NCBI GenBank assembly: GCA_951406725.2
Contig: OX597814.1
Location: forward strand, 23,250,001 to 23,314,000
DNA length: 64,000 nucleotides
DNA from: Octopus vulgaris
Taxonomy: Eukaryota
Reading direction: 5' to 3'
Positions 50,256-63,177 of the stretch are shown here, piece by piece (the stretch's first letter is position 1; every line of letters begins with the position of its first letter). Both the position numbers and the translations under genes were made by a program. The notes beneath the pieces were generated by a model. The model saw only the letters and a program-made list of their open reading frames with translations, had not been told where the DNA came from and made no database searches.

Positions 50256-51785
50256 CTATATATGTATATGAGCCATGCGCCTATATATGTATATGTGCCT
50301 ATATATGTATATGTACCAATGTATGTACTTGTGCCTATATATGGTGATTGTTGTATTGGGTATTCTGCCAAACCTAATACCACCAAATGTCAAGCTTTGT
50401 ATAACAAAAGTATAACAAAAGCTTTCCATTAAGATTTGTGATTAAAATTAATGAGTAAGGTTAATATTTATAAGGAATTTGTCATTTTTGATGGGTGTGC
50501 AGTGCACACCTAGCACACCCAGAATATAAGTCCCTGATATGTATACATGTGTGGATGCATACATGCATATACACATGACTATATACGTCTGTATATACAT
50601 GTACATACATATACATGCATTTATTAATATATAAATACATGCATATGCTGCATCAGAAACTTCCTTAATAAAACCTAGAAAAAGTACACCAGTACTCCAA
50701 TAAACGATATGTTTCATGCCTTATGTTTGGGTGCCTTATCTTCATTTTGGTTCCATTCAGAATGTCCTTGGAAATTTAATGCTTCATCCATACCTCAAAA
50801 ATACCTTTGTCTGAAGATTTGTGATTTTGTTTGAATCACATCATTTTATGTTTATTTGTATGCTTCCATATGTTGGACAAGTCTACTCATGTAGATTGTC
50901 TAGCTATTTGTATCAGTTCATTGTCATCCTTCATAAGTTTTAGCACCCTGAGGTAATTCTTTACTACGTCTCCCCACATTCTTTCTTTCTTTTTTTTTTT
51001 TTGGTCATCTTGTAACTATTTTTCCTCTTTTAGCTTATCTCAACTTCATCTTTTATCCACATTGATATACAATTCATATAAACTATTATTTTCCTGGTAG
51101 AATATCAAGACTATATATTAAATGTCAAAATATCTGAGATGGGCTGTTATGAATGATTATAATGAATGAAATTAGTAGTTTGGAAAGTTAGTCTTATTAA
51201 GATCTGTTTCAAACATTCACACAGCCATTGCAAACTAAGAAATAATTTCTCAATGATGAGTAGAATGAATTGCAAAATCATTATCACCATCAATAACAAT
51301 GATGTTTCAAGTTAAGAAATTTAAGGTAACTTGAAGATCTATTTATGTTTACACCCAGGCTATTAGAAATGTGAAGATTCTGTTAAGCATTTTAATACCT
51401 GCAGGCAAATATTGTTAATTTTAATGGGTAACTATGGTAGCAAGTTAAGGACTTTCATTTTGTCAAAAATATGATATAAAGAGAGATTGATAACCGGGTC
51501 TATTTTGTACATAATGGGACTAACCAGACTTGCATTTCCAAGGCAATATCACACACAAAATCAACATTAAATGACCAATGCAGTTCAGTATTTTAGGACT
51601 ATCTTTAATCTTAATTTGAACCCTTCTGTAATCAGTTGCTCTGTGACAAATCTTGGTTTTTGAGCATACTTGACGTTATTTGAACAGATGTAATTCACTT
51701 ATGGACAGAGTTATGTCAGTGAGGAAGGCATCCTTACAGCTTTTGTTTTCTTGGTTCTGAATTTTTCTGATTATTACAGGTAATA

Positions 51786-52673
51786 TGAGGTCTGATCAAT
51801 AAGTATCCAAACTGTTGCCATAGTAACAAAGCTAAAGAGTGAAGCTGCTTGGCACAAATTGACTTTAATCTATGTTGTGCATGCATACTAAGTTTTAATG
51901 TTCTAGCTCACTTCTGCTGTTTACAGTAGTGCTTGGAAAGAACGTGTGTAGTATGTGATTGTTGCATTGACCATGACAGAGAAAGTTGTCATGGTAATAC
52001 CTGCTCAGAGGCCTACGCAAAGTTGCAGAAAGTGTACGGAGAGAAGCATATAAGCTGCACACAAGTGTATTAGTAGGTCAAACATTTCCAAGATGGCTGA
52101 AAAAATGTCGATATTGATGAACATTCTGGGAGACTTGCAACGAGCAAAACTGAGAAAAACATCACAGATATGCATGCAGCTGTGAGGAGAAATCGTTAAA
52201 TCACTATCCATGAGATATCATAAGATGTGCAGATTAGTCAAGGCTCGGTTCAATCTATTATCACTGAAGATTTGGGTATGAGACACATGTCTACTAAGTT
52301 TGTGCCAAATCTGCTTTCAGCTGACCCAAAAGACACTTGGGTTTCAGTTGCACAAGATCTCCTTGATTGTATCGAAAACAATGAAAACAGTTTGAAAATT
52401 TTGCGTAAGTGTCTGAGCAGATATCACCAAGCTTTTGGCAAAGTTTGATGCTGATTCCCTGCTCAACTTTCTCTGTTATTATCAATGCGACGATCACATG
52501 CTACACACCTTCCTTCCAAGCATTGCTGTAAACAACGGAAGTAAGCTAGAAGGTTAAAACTTAGTGCACGTGCACAACAAAGTTCAAGGTCAATCTGTGT
52601 CATGCAGCTTTACTATGCATACTTTAGCTTCGTTACTATGGCAATAGTCTGGAGACTTATTGAACAGACCAAA
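51786..52673. mobile_element. Mariner-derived MITE built from two 5' ends
   Basis: About 200-bp inverted arms (GGTCTGATCAATAAGT.. / ..ACTTATTGAACAGACC). + strand SIITEDLGMRHMSTKFVPNLL and minus strand TEKVEQGISIKLCQKLG are both mariner N-terminal sequence. Confidence 0.85.
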
Positions 52674-53149
52674 TATTTCCTCTTGCTTCTAGTGTGTACT
52701 TAATTACAAAATGTGCTGGTATATCCACACATGCTGATGCAAATATGTAGAAGGTCTATGGATGCATAGACAACCATATGTCATTCTTTAGACATTGCAT
52801 AAGCCTACAGAGGTATGTATGCATGTTTTAGATAGAGGTGTATGTATGCCTAATCACACCACAGATACATATGTTTATCAGTGGTTACATATAGACTATA
52901 TGTACAATGCCAGCTTCAAATTTTGGCAAAAGGCCAGCAATTTGTGGGGAAGGAGTAAGTCAATTACATCAGCCACAGTGATCGACTGGTACTTATTTTA
53001 TCAATCTCAAAAGGATGAAAGGCAAAGTTGACCTTGGCAGAATTTTAACTCAGAATATGAAGAAGAACATAATGCAGCTAAGCACTTTTCCCAGCTTGCT
53101 AACAATTTGACCAGCTCACCTATAATATTATCTACATAATAAAATCAAA

Positions 53150-53690
53150 TTCGATGACTGGCATCCATGCTAGTGGGGTGCAAAGAGCACCATACATGTG
53201 TGATCGTTGACAGAGCGGCTAACCGGTTTCCATGCCAGTGGCACATAAAAGGCACCATTTGAGTGTGATCGTTACCAGCATCGCCTTACTGGCACTTGTG
53301 CCCGTGCTAGTAGGGTGCTAAGAGCACCATCCGAGCATGATTGTTGCCGGAGCGGCTAACTGGCTTCCATAAAAGGCACCATTCGAGCGTGATCATTACC
53401 AGCGTCGCCTTACTGGCACCTGTGCCGGTGGCTTGTGTAAAAAGATTTGAGTGAGGTCATTGCCAGTACCACCTGACTGGCCCTCGTGCCAGTGGCATGT
53501 AAAAAGCACCCACTACACTCTCGGAGTGGTTGGCATTAGGAAGGGCATCCAGCTGTAGAAACTCTGCCAGATCAAGATTGGAGCCTGGTGCCGCCATCTG
53601 ATTCGCTAGCCCTCAGTCAAATCGTCCAAACCCATGCTAGCATGGAAAGCAGACGTTAAACAATGATGATGATGATGATGATGATGATGA
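53150..53690 (+). mobile_element. RTE 3' UTR fragment with subrepeats
   Basis: Same motifs and (GAT)n tail as 34620-34981. Confidence 0.85.
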
Positions 53691-54728
53691 AGTTGGCAGA
53701 GTTGTTAGAGCATCAGACAAAATGCTTAGTGACATTTGTTCCAGCTCTTTATGCCCTGTGTTCAAATACTGTCAAAGTCAACTTTGCTTTTCATACATTT
53801 GGGGACCAATGTAATAAGTACCAGTTGAGCACTGGGGCGATTTAATTGACCAGCTCCATCCACCAAAATTTCAAGCCCCATACCTATAGTAGAAAGAATA
53901 TTACCTGCATGTGTACTAAGCATTTTACACTGAATTCCTGTGTGCTCGTAAATATGCAGGCATATGTGTGTGCAGTACCATTTTCTATGTGTCTATGTAT
54001 ATATATGCATCAGAAGATGATGCTGGCTATACTGGGTGTGTATATGAGTAATTGAATTTCTGTATGTACATGGAGATCTACGAATGCCATCTGAATGTAT
54101 GTAAGCACAACATGTGCATAAAAGCAAATATAAAATACAAGGGATAAAATATGTGCTATTCATGCAAATGCTAAAGTTCTTTATGTATGCCAATACATGC
54201 AAGGAAATAACTGAACACGTTCGCCGTATACAAATGTGTGCAAGTATATTCATTACACTAGGGAGTTTCAATACTTTTACACGGAATATAGCAGATAGCT
54301 TTAAGCCAGTCGACAAGGAGATAATTTACCATTACCTATATTTAGATTACATCCCCTGAACTGTAACAACCGCATTTTCTGTCATAAATAAAAGATGACG
54401 ATTCTGATGAACAGGTGTCATGTACCTTGAGTTGTATGTACCATTTCATAGCTATCTATCGATATATGTGTGTGTGTGCATGCATGGGAATGTGTGTGTA
54501 TGCGTGTATGTGTGTGCATGCATGTATGTGTGTGCATGCATGTATGTGTGCATGTGTGTGTGTATGTGTGTGCATGTGTGTGTGCATGCGTGTATGTGCA
54601 TGTGTGTGTATGTGTGTGCGTGTGTGTGTGTGTTTGTGTGTACTACTGTGAAGTAGTAAATGAAAGTAATACATGCATCTATGTTTTTGTGTCTGTACTG
54701 GAGTTCCAAAAATGGAAGAACCATGAAG

Positions 54729-55459
54729 TATGAGAGTATTGTAGTTTGCTTGAAGCATTGTGTATTGTTTGTAAAGAATAAAAAGTTTTGAATGGTACAA
54801 CAATGCACTATAATACAAAAAGTGGACTATATACCTGTTGTAAATTAGTTATCCATAGTCCGATGATATTTCGGAATAAAATTCTTTCTTCAGATATTCT
54901 TAGATGGAGTCAATTTAGTCATCCATAGTCCGATGATATTTCGGAATAAAATTCTTTCTTCAGATATTCTTAGATGGAGTCAATTTAGTTATCCATAGTC
55001 TGATGATATTTCGGAATAAATGAAGGCAGCAAGCTGGCAGAAACGTTAGCACGCCAGGCAAAATGCTTAGCGGTATTTCATCTACCGCTACATTCTTAAT
55101 TCAAATTCTGCCGAGGTCAACTTTGCCTTTCATCCTTTTGGGGTCGAATAAATAAGTACCAGTTACGCACTGGGGTCGATATAATCGACTTAATTCGTTT
55201 GTCTGTTCGTGTTTGTCCTCTCTGTGTTTAGCCCCTTGTGGGTAGTAAAGAAATAGATATTTTGGAATAAAATTCCTTCTTCAGATATTCTTAGATGGAA
55301 TCGCTGCTATAATTGACTCCATCTAAGAATATCTGAAGATGGAATTTTATTCCGAAATATCATCAGACTATGGATAACTAAATTACAAAGGTATATAGTC
55401 CATTTTTTTGTATTATGGTGCATTGTTGTACCATTCAAAACATTTTATTCTTTACAAAC
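54729..55459. mobile_element. Penelope-like fold-back insertion with three 70-bp tandem hammerhead-like units
   Basis: ATCCATAGTC at 54851, 54921 and 54991. Inverted arm 55311-55459 mirrors 54766-54915. TSD AACCATGAAG. Motif CTGAAGA-T-GGAAT-ttt-ATTCC-GAAA-TATC at 55333-55361. Confidence 0.75.
55021..55255 (+). mobile_element. SINE with Meta-domain-like centre
   Basis: Matches 42682-42931. 16-bp TSD GATATTT(C/T)GGAATAAA. Confidence 0.9.
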
Positions 55460-55651
55460 CATGAAGAATATTGTGATATCCTAAACAACATACCATGAAA
55501 GCCTCCAATTATGAGCTGACAACAGTGACTGGGAAAAGTAGCAGCAAAAGTCGCAAACAATTACAAATCATAATTCTTAAATAGACAATATAACATCTGA
55601 AAGAACAAACAAGACACAAAGCTTCTCTCTGTGTTCTCACTTCATATACAG

Positions 55652-55780
55652 ACATACATACATACATACATACATACATACAAACACACACATACATACA
55701 TACACACACATACATACATACACACACATACATACGTACGTACGTACATACATACATACATACATACATACATACATACA

Positions 55781-55814
<34 letters not shown>

Positions 55815-55822
55815 CATATATA
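55652..55822. repeat. (CATA)n microsatellite
   Basis: Direct inspection. Confidence 0.95.
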
Positions 55823-57671
55823 CATCATAGAAACCAGCTCTTTCTCTATTGGCAAGAAATCTTGAAATAAAACTGAACAATGACATACATATATGCATAC
55901 ATACATCTGTACATACACACATACATAGATACATACACACATACATACATGTATGTATGTATGTGTGTATATACGTATATATGTATGTATGTACTAAAAA
56001 CAAAAAGAAATCACATTGATAACATCACCATGAAAAAAGAAAAACAATATTTACATTTTTATCAAAATATCCTGCCGGTTTCAATTGTTTTAAGTCATGC
56101 TGCAAGAGAAGAGAAAATAAATTGAAATAAATTAAATTAATCTTTCATGTTATCAGATTTTGGAAGGTCATATGATTTACTTACAAAATTCAATTCACAT
56201 AGTACTAACCTTTGGTTTTCTTCTGATATCTACTGGGTCATAAAACAATTAGTAACAGTTTTAGCGGTGGCAGTTGTCTTTTGTGTCTTAATAGCAATGT
56301 TGGTATTAAGGGGTGACTATTAACGGTTGGACTTTTGTGATGGTGCTGGCAATAGTAGTAGTAACAATTGTAGTGGTATTAGTAATAGTGGCTACATTAG
56401 ATGCAGTTGTAGAAACGGTAGTTGCAGATTATGCTGTGTAGTTGAAGTGGCGAAAATAATAGAGACTGTTGATGTAGGGAGAGACCTTATGACAATGCAT
56501 GACTCCTGCATAGATAACAAATGAGAATGGCAGAAAACAAATAGAATTCAGTGAACACATAAAGACATGTGCCAGTGAGAAACAACCAAATTCTGTGATC
56601 TTTCCCTAATATCAGTTTGCAGATGGCAGATCACAACAGCAATGCATCAAGAAAGAAAGAAATTTCATAACCAAATATAGTCCATTGAAGTCTGTTTTCT
56701 GTGTTGGCATGAGTTGGATGGTTTGATTAGAGGTGGCAAGCAGGAGAGCTGCATCAGGTTCCAGCCTCATTTAGTTTGATTTTTACAGCTGGATGCCTTT
56801 CCTAATGCCAACCACTTTACAGCGTGTGCTTGGGTGCTTTCTACATGGCACCAGGACAGGGCTCTGGAAAGCCAATCCTCTTCAGCTGGGGGAGTGACAA
56901 TAACACCTCTGCTGTGGAGGATAGGTCTTCTTGAGTACAGCAAGACACTAGATATCTTGGTCCTTTTTCATTCCATATATATATATATATGTGTATGCAC
57001 ACACACATACACATGTGCACATGCGTGCACACACATTATGAATGTATATGTGTGTATAGATATACATGCATACATGCATTATATACATATATGTATAGAT
57101 ATATATGCATATATATATATATATATATAAATATATATATATATAATAATGATAATAATAATAAAATAAAACGACAAAAACGGAATGAGACCTTGATATT
57201 AGGTAAATAGAGGAATTTATATATGTATAGTTTAGAACAATTAGTAAGTTGTCCTAATAGGCTATTATATATATATATATGGAGAATTCACAAAAAAACA
57301 AAAGACAAAGCCAGGTGGTGTAGACAACAAACAGATGTATTAGTTTAGCGATCAGGAAGTGTAAAAGTCTTTAATATTTCGACTCTATGCTCTTCCATAG
57401 AAAGGAACACAGAAAGAAACAAGGAGAGAAAATAAAGAATGTGTAGTGGCTTGCAATCTATCATGGCGAATAAATTATATATAAAGTAATGACTTTTTGT
57501 CAACCTAATATGGCAGTTCCATTTTGGGCCGAATGCTACTGCTGTTTAGCCTGCAGGAGACATCAGCTCCAGCTGGCGATAAGACACACAATCTGTGTCC
57601 TTATATTTTCATACAGGGGAGGTTAGTACCCCCACCCAGTGCAAAGCAGTATCTGTGAATCATTACTTTAA

Positions 57672-57883
57672 CCCTTTCCTTACCAACCTGGCTGAAACTG
57701 GTTCTGAGTACAAATGTCTTGTTTTCATAAGTTCTGAATTAAAATCTCCCACCAAGCTTTAATCACAATTTATGTTCCTAACACTAGCTTAATGATGACT
57801 ACGTTATTTTACTAAATTCTGTGTTATATTTAAAGTAATTGAAAGAAACACGGAATCTCAAAATAAATACAGTAACTAAAGGG
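57672..57883. mobile_element. piggyBac-like MITE
   Basis: TTAA TSD on both sides and CCCTTT..TTAC / GTAA..AAAGGG termini. Confidence 0.85.
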
Positions 57884-58159
57884 TTAAAGTGCTGCTACTG
57901 AATATCTCTCATTGAGAGATTTAGGAACAACAATGTTTCTATTTTATATATATGTGTGTGTGTGTATTATATATTTATATATGTGTATGTATATTTTAAT
58001 GTCATTTTATCAGTGGTCTAGTATTGATGTTTTTTTTTTTTTTGCTGATGAATTAGACATTATGAAATCATTGGTACTGGATTGTTAGTTTAAATTCCAT
58101 TGACGAATGTGATACCCAACTTTCTGGTATTGACTTGTCCTTTATTTCATTATTAATGT

Positions 58160-59082
58160 AACACACACACACACACACTAATGTATACCCATACATACAA
58201 ACAAATACATACACTCTAGTATGAATATACACACTATGAACTATGCAATGTTGCATGTATTTTATGAAATATTTCATGTTAATATCTTTACAGAAATTCA
58301 GGTGTAATTATGTTATTTTTGTTGTATATATATGATCTCTCTCCCCCACCTCTCTCTCTCTATCTCTCTCTCTCGCTCACACTCATATATCACATACATA
58401 CTATGTACATGACTTTCAGTTAATCAGGAACTGTCAATTACTTTGTCTTTTCGACAGGTTTTATTAACGATGAAAGAATGTTGGTATTGTTTTGGGGTAC
58501 CAATTGATATGCTGAACTACACATGTCATATAGACACTTTACTGGAACAGCAGAAATCTGGCAAAATTACACAGCTGAGTTTTTTTTATTGGTTATTTCC
58601 ATCCAATCAGAACTTACTTTTGCATGTTCATTTTGTCAGAAAGCTAAATTTTGGCAACACGTTCTCAATAGAAGGAACTGATTTTTCACAGAATGAAAAA
58701 GATTACAAAGGGACCCCAAGCATTATTAAATTTCAAGCTCACAATAAGTACTCTTGTATTCTATTAATATTACAAGTAGGACAACAATGTTGTCACACAT
58801 ACATTTCTGTATTAATATACACGCCTTGTGCTTAGATTAGGAAAGAATATACACAGTAAGATAACAGCATAGTCTCACACACACACACAAACTAATACAT
58901 ACCCATACATACACACAAATACATACATGTTCTAGTATTAATATACACACTATGAACTATGTAATGTTGCATGTATTTTATGAAATATTTCATGTTAATA
59001 TCTTTACAGAAATTCAATTGTACTTGGGTTGTTTTTGTTGTACACCTCTCTTTCTCTCACATATCACATGTATACTATGTAT
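58160..59082 (+). repeat. Dispersed direct duplication (about 58160-58410 and 58875-59082)
   Basis: Shared ATATACACACTATGAACTATG..ATATCTTTACAGAAATTCA block. Confidence 0.85.
58458..58483 (+). CDS. Candidate exon E (GFINDERML)
   Basis: CTTTGTCTTTTCGACAG acceptor and GTATTG donor. Phase 1 in (fits exon A), phase 0 out. Confidence 0.35.
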
Positions 59083-59178
59083 ATTTAGATGCAGCCACAT
59101 CCATGTGATTAAGAAGTACTCTTAACAACTATGTTGTTCTAAGTTCAATACAGCTATGCAGCACAAATTACAAGTGTT

Positions 59179-59885
59179 TTGAGTTGGACAAAACACATTA
59201 CTAAAATTGCCATGAAGGCTGAGGGTGTCTTGGCATCAATTACCAAGTCCTTTGTGAGCCGCTCTCTGGCTATCTATCTGAGGCTTTATATAGCTATGGT
59301 GCGGCCTCACCTGGAATTTGTATTACCGGTCTGGAACCCCTATCTTGCCCAGGATATTAATCGTCTGGAAACCATTCAGCGACATGCAACCAAGAGAATA
59401 CCCTCCATCAGGTATATGCTATATTCCGAACACCTTACTTCCCTGGGCATGGAAACTCCAATGTCTGGCAGCTGACTTGGCAGACAAAATTATTAACTAT
59501 CTTACAAACAATAACTCTGAGCACCTTTTCAAAGTCCACCTGTCTAACACTAGTGGACATGTTTACAAAGTCAGAAAACAGCACAGCACTTTTGGAAACA
59601 TTTTTTCATACTAAGAGTTGCTGAAGTATGGAACAAACTGTCGGCATCAGTTGTTAGTTGTTGGAGCACTGCATCCTTCAAAACTTCCATGCTTCCTGAG
59701 ATTCGCCAACGCTACACCTGATTTTCTCCCCTCTATTCAAACGTAAGCGTGTATCTGACTCATACACTGTTCACTTTCCAGACATTTGTACATTACTGCA
59801 TTTGCTTCATACACACTTTTGACAAGTTGTGGTGCACCTGAGCACTGTATACAATAATTTCATTATCATTATTATTATTATTATT
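59179..59885 (+). mobile_element. CR1-clade LINE 3' fragment
   Basis: LYIAMVRPHLEF..VWNPYLAQDINRLETIQRHATK, 3' UTR and (ATT)n tail. Confidence 0.9.
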
Positions 59886-60008
59886 TTCTAATGTAGACTT
59901 AGGCTGGTAAATACTTTTTGGATAAAATTTGGTAGTTGGATACTATGCAGAAGCTCATGCATATGTGTGTGTGTGTGTGTGTGCACATAAGCATACACAT
60001 TCACGCAC

Positions 60009-60059
60009 ACATACATACATACATACATACATACATACATACATACATACATACATACA

Positions 60060-60088
<29 letters not shown>
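60009..60088. repeat. (CATA)n microsatellite
   Basis: Direct inspection. Confidence 0.95.
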
Positions 60089-60090
<2 letters not shown>

Positions 60091-61274
60091 TTGTTTGTCT
60101 TTGCATTTGTTGTATTTGGTGAAAAGAGTGTTGCTCCTTATACTGTGCCACTTCATGTTTGAAATAAATACTGGGTGTAATGTGATAGAAATAAATCCTT
60201 CGCAGTGGTGCCCCTGCATAACCACAGTCCAGTGACTCAGTCTGGTAAAAAAATATGTAAAATATACGTCATTATATGTTTACATAAGAGAGCATAATAT
60301 GTATTTCCTTATATTTCATAAGTTAATTTCTGTCAAGTGAACATAGATCTGTAAAAATATGAGTGTATAAATTGCACAAACATACTTTTTAACAAAATGT
60401 ATCTGTGTTAGTATTAAACTTAATGAAAGAATTTTATGTTAGCAAAGAGAAAGAAGGGAAGTGAGAGAGAAAGAGGGTAAAATAGAAACAGAATGAGAGA
60501 GAAGGAAACAAAGAAAAAGGAAAAGGAATTGTGTGTGAAAAACGAAAAGAGAATGAGTTATCAGTGGCCATAGAAAAAGTGAGTACCTCCTTGTTGTTAG
60601 AGGCTAGCTCACATCCTGAATGAAACCAGAGAAGAAGAATATCATTAAGATAAGCTCTTCTTTAACGATGCCTTTACGTCCTGCATAGCTTGAGTAGATC
60701 TGTTTTCACAAAGGTGTACCATTCACAATGGATAATAGCGACATTGATGATTGAGAGCATCAATTTAGAAAGAAGACTGCCTCTGACAGAGAACAATTAT
60801 CAAATGTGATCATCATATTGGCAGGTATCTGAATATGTCGGCAACTTGTTTGTTTCAAGGGTTAGCATGATTGACATTTACTCAATATGGAAGAAAGGAA
60901 GATAAAATTCTGGTTTTCTCTTCTCCTCTTCTTAAATAGGGAGCCAATGACTTGAAGAGAACTATTGATGTATATTGTATGTCTGTTTTCTTGTTTCTTT
61001 TCTACTTTACTCATGTGAGCAAAATTGAGGAGTGTATAGTCAATATGTTTTTGAATGTTTTATGTGTGTTGTATTAGTTAAAGAGATTGATTGACAAAAT
61101 GATGTGTATGTATTTAAGTATATATCTATGTATGTATTTATATATGCATCCATGTACATATGTATGCATTTACACACACACACACACATAATCATGTGTA
61201 TGAATGTATATGTCAATAAATAACTATATGAAAAAATATACAACAAGGAATTGAATATAATTATCTGTCTAACT

Positions 61275-61313
<39 letters not shown>

Positions 61314-61344
61314 AGTAAATATATAAATATATATATATATATGA

Positions 61345-61385
<41 letters not shown>

Positions 61386-62727
61386 CACACATACACATAC
61401 ATACATATATATATACATATATATAGATATATACATACATAGATGTATATATACATATATATATATATATTTATATGTTGAGAGAGAGACATAGATAGAT
61501 AGATAAACATACATACATACATATATAAAATCATAATTCATAGTTATCTTTCACAATTTTTCTTTCTTTCCTTTTTCTTTTACTATTTTTTTATTTTTTA
61601 TTTTTTAGAAATATAAACTAGACAGCTTATTATTATCCTATCTTTCAGTATCTTAGTTTTAAGTTTCAGGAAGCATATTTCAGTTAGTCTTGAGGGAAGA
61701 GATTATTTTAAAAATCTAGATAGAATGTAGGTTGTCTTTTTTTGGTTCTTTCTGAAAGTCTAGCAAATGGGAAATGAATTAGTAGATATTTAGAGGGAAG
61801 TTGTTAATTTGATACAAAGACACTTAGGATTATTAATCAAAGCAATATTCTTTAAATTCTCAATAGGAAGACTAATAATAATAATAACAGCAACAACAAT
61901 CACAGCAAAGTATATTTTTTGAAGTGGTTACTATAATGTTTTTTTTAAGTGCTTATAAACTTTCATTGCATGTTACAAGTGAGAAATAACTTTCTCGGCA
62001 TTCATATTGTACAGGTTGTAATGTAAAATCCAATTTTATTTTACTTTTTATTTTTCATATGATAAGTACTCTGCTAAGTTATCAGAGAAAAAGAAAAGTA
62101 GAAAATATTATAGTTGAAGAGAAATTATATTAGTAAAATTAGAAGAAAATGTTGTTTCGTATCTATCAACGTATGAAATTTTTTGTTCTATTGTATGACA
62201 TTTTTACATGTCAAAAACTGCCATCTTTGTTATAAATATTTTTCTTATTTAAAAATATACTTAATATTTAATTTATTTTTATTTTATTTCACCTATTTAT
62301 TTTTATTTCATTCATTTATTTTTATTTATTGTTATGATATTTTTTTTATTATAATATTATTTATTTTCTTCAAAGCTATATAATATTTAAGAGAAGTAAA
62401 TGTACTGCATTATTTCAATAATTTATATTGATTCCAGATACTTTGTACCATAAGAGATAACATTTGTAAAGCCAGGAATTAAATTTATACTTCATAACTT
62501 CTTCCATGACTTCTATTTTCAGATATAATATTTACATTATGAACCTTCATTTTCCATTAAATATCATTTTATCATTGTAATAATCCATTGGATTTCTCAG
62601 TATAGTATGAACATTTCATAATATATTCCTTCCTAAATATATTTTAATGATAAATAATTGACTTTAAAGAATAAAGTCAAAATAATCATAAATGAGATAA
62701 TTTGTTTCCTAAAATCTTTTTCTCCAG

Positions 62728-62742
62728 GATTTTGTTTGCTGA
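62728..62742 (+). CDS. Candidate distal terminal exon F (DFVC*)
   Basis: TCTTTTTCTCCAG acceptor, in frame with exon E, AT-rich downstream with AATAAA at 63000. Confidence 0.3.
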   Translation, partial: DFVC

Positions 62743-63177
62743 AATGGGTTCTTAAATGGCTTTGAACAAAGAACCATAGATTAAAAAGACATCTATTATA
62801 TTGCTATTAAGCTGGCAAAAGAAGTTTTAACTCACCTAGATTATGAAAATGATTTTTCTTTTGTAAATGCTTTTTCTTTTACTCAGCATGAGAGAAACAA
62901 TTTACAGTATTGACTTTCTTCATGTTTTTCATAGGAATATTTCTTAGTACAAGTTTACATTTCAATACATTAACAGGCTTACATTACCAGTTGCATTTGA
63001 ATAAATCAATATTTTTAAGCTTTGGATGTATTATATAATATTAAATACACTCTACAGCAAAACATAGCTTTTGTTGAAATGATTATTTCAACAATTTTGG
63101 AATATAGTCAGCTAAATTTTTATTTTTGAAACTTCATAAAGTGTAAGACTGTTTTGAATCTGAAATATCTTGTGACT

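Noticed and set aside
54845-55020. CRISPR-like regular repeats
   Set aside because: Whole units repeat with no unique spacers, the context is eukaryotic, and there are no cas genes.
58443-58835. 130-aa ORF as a standalone gene
   Set aside because: Non-ATG start inside a polypyrimidine tract with no recognisable domain. Only a 26-nt exon candidate in another frame is kept.
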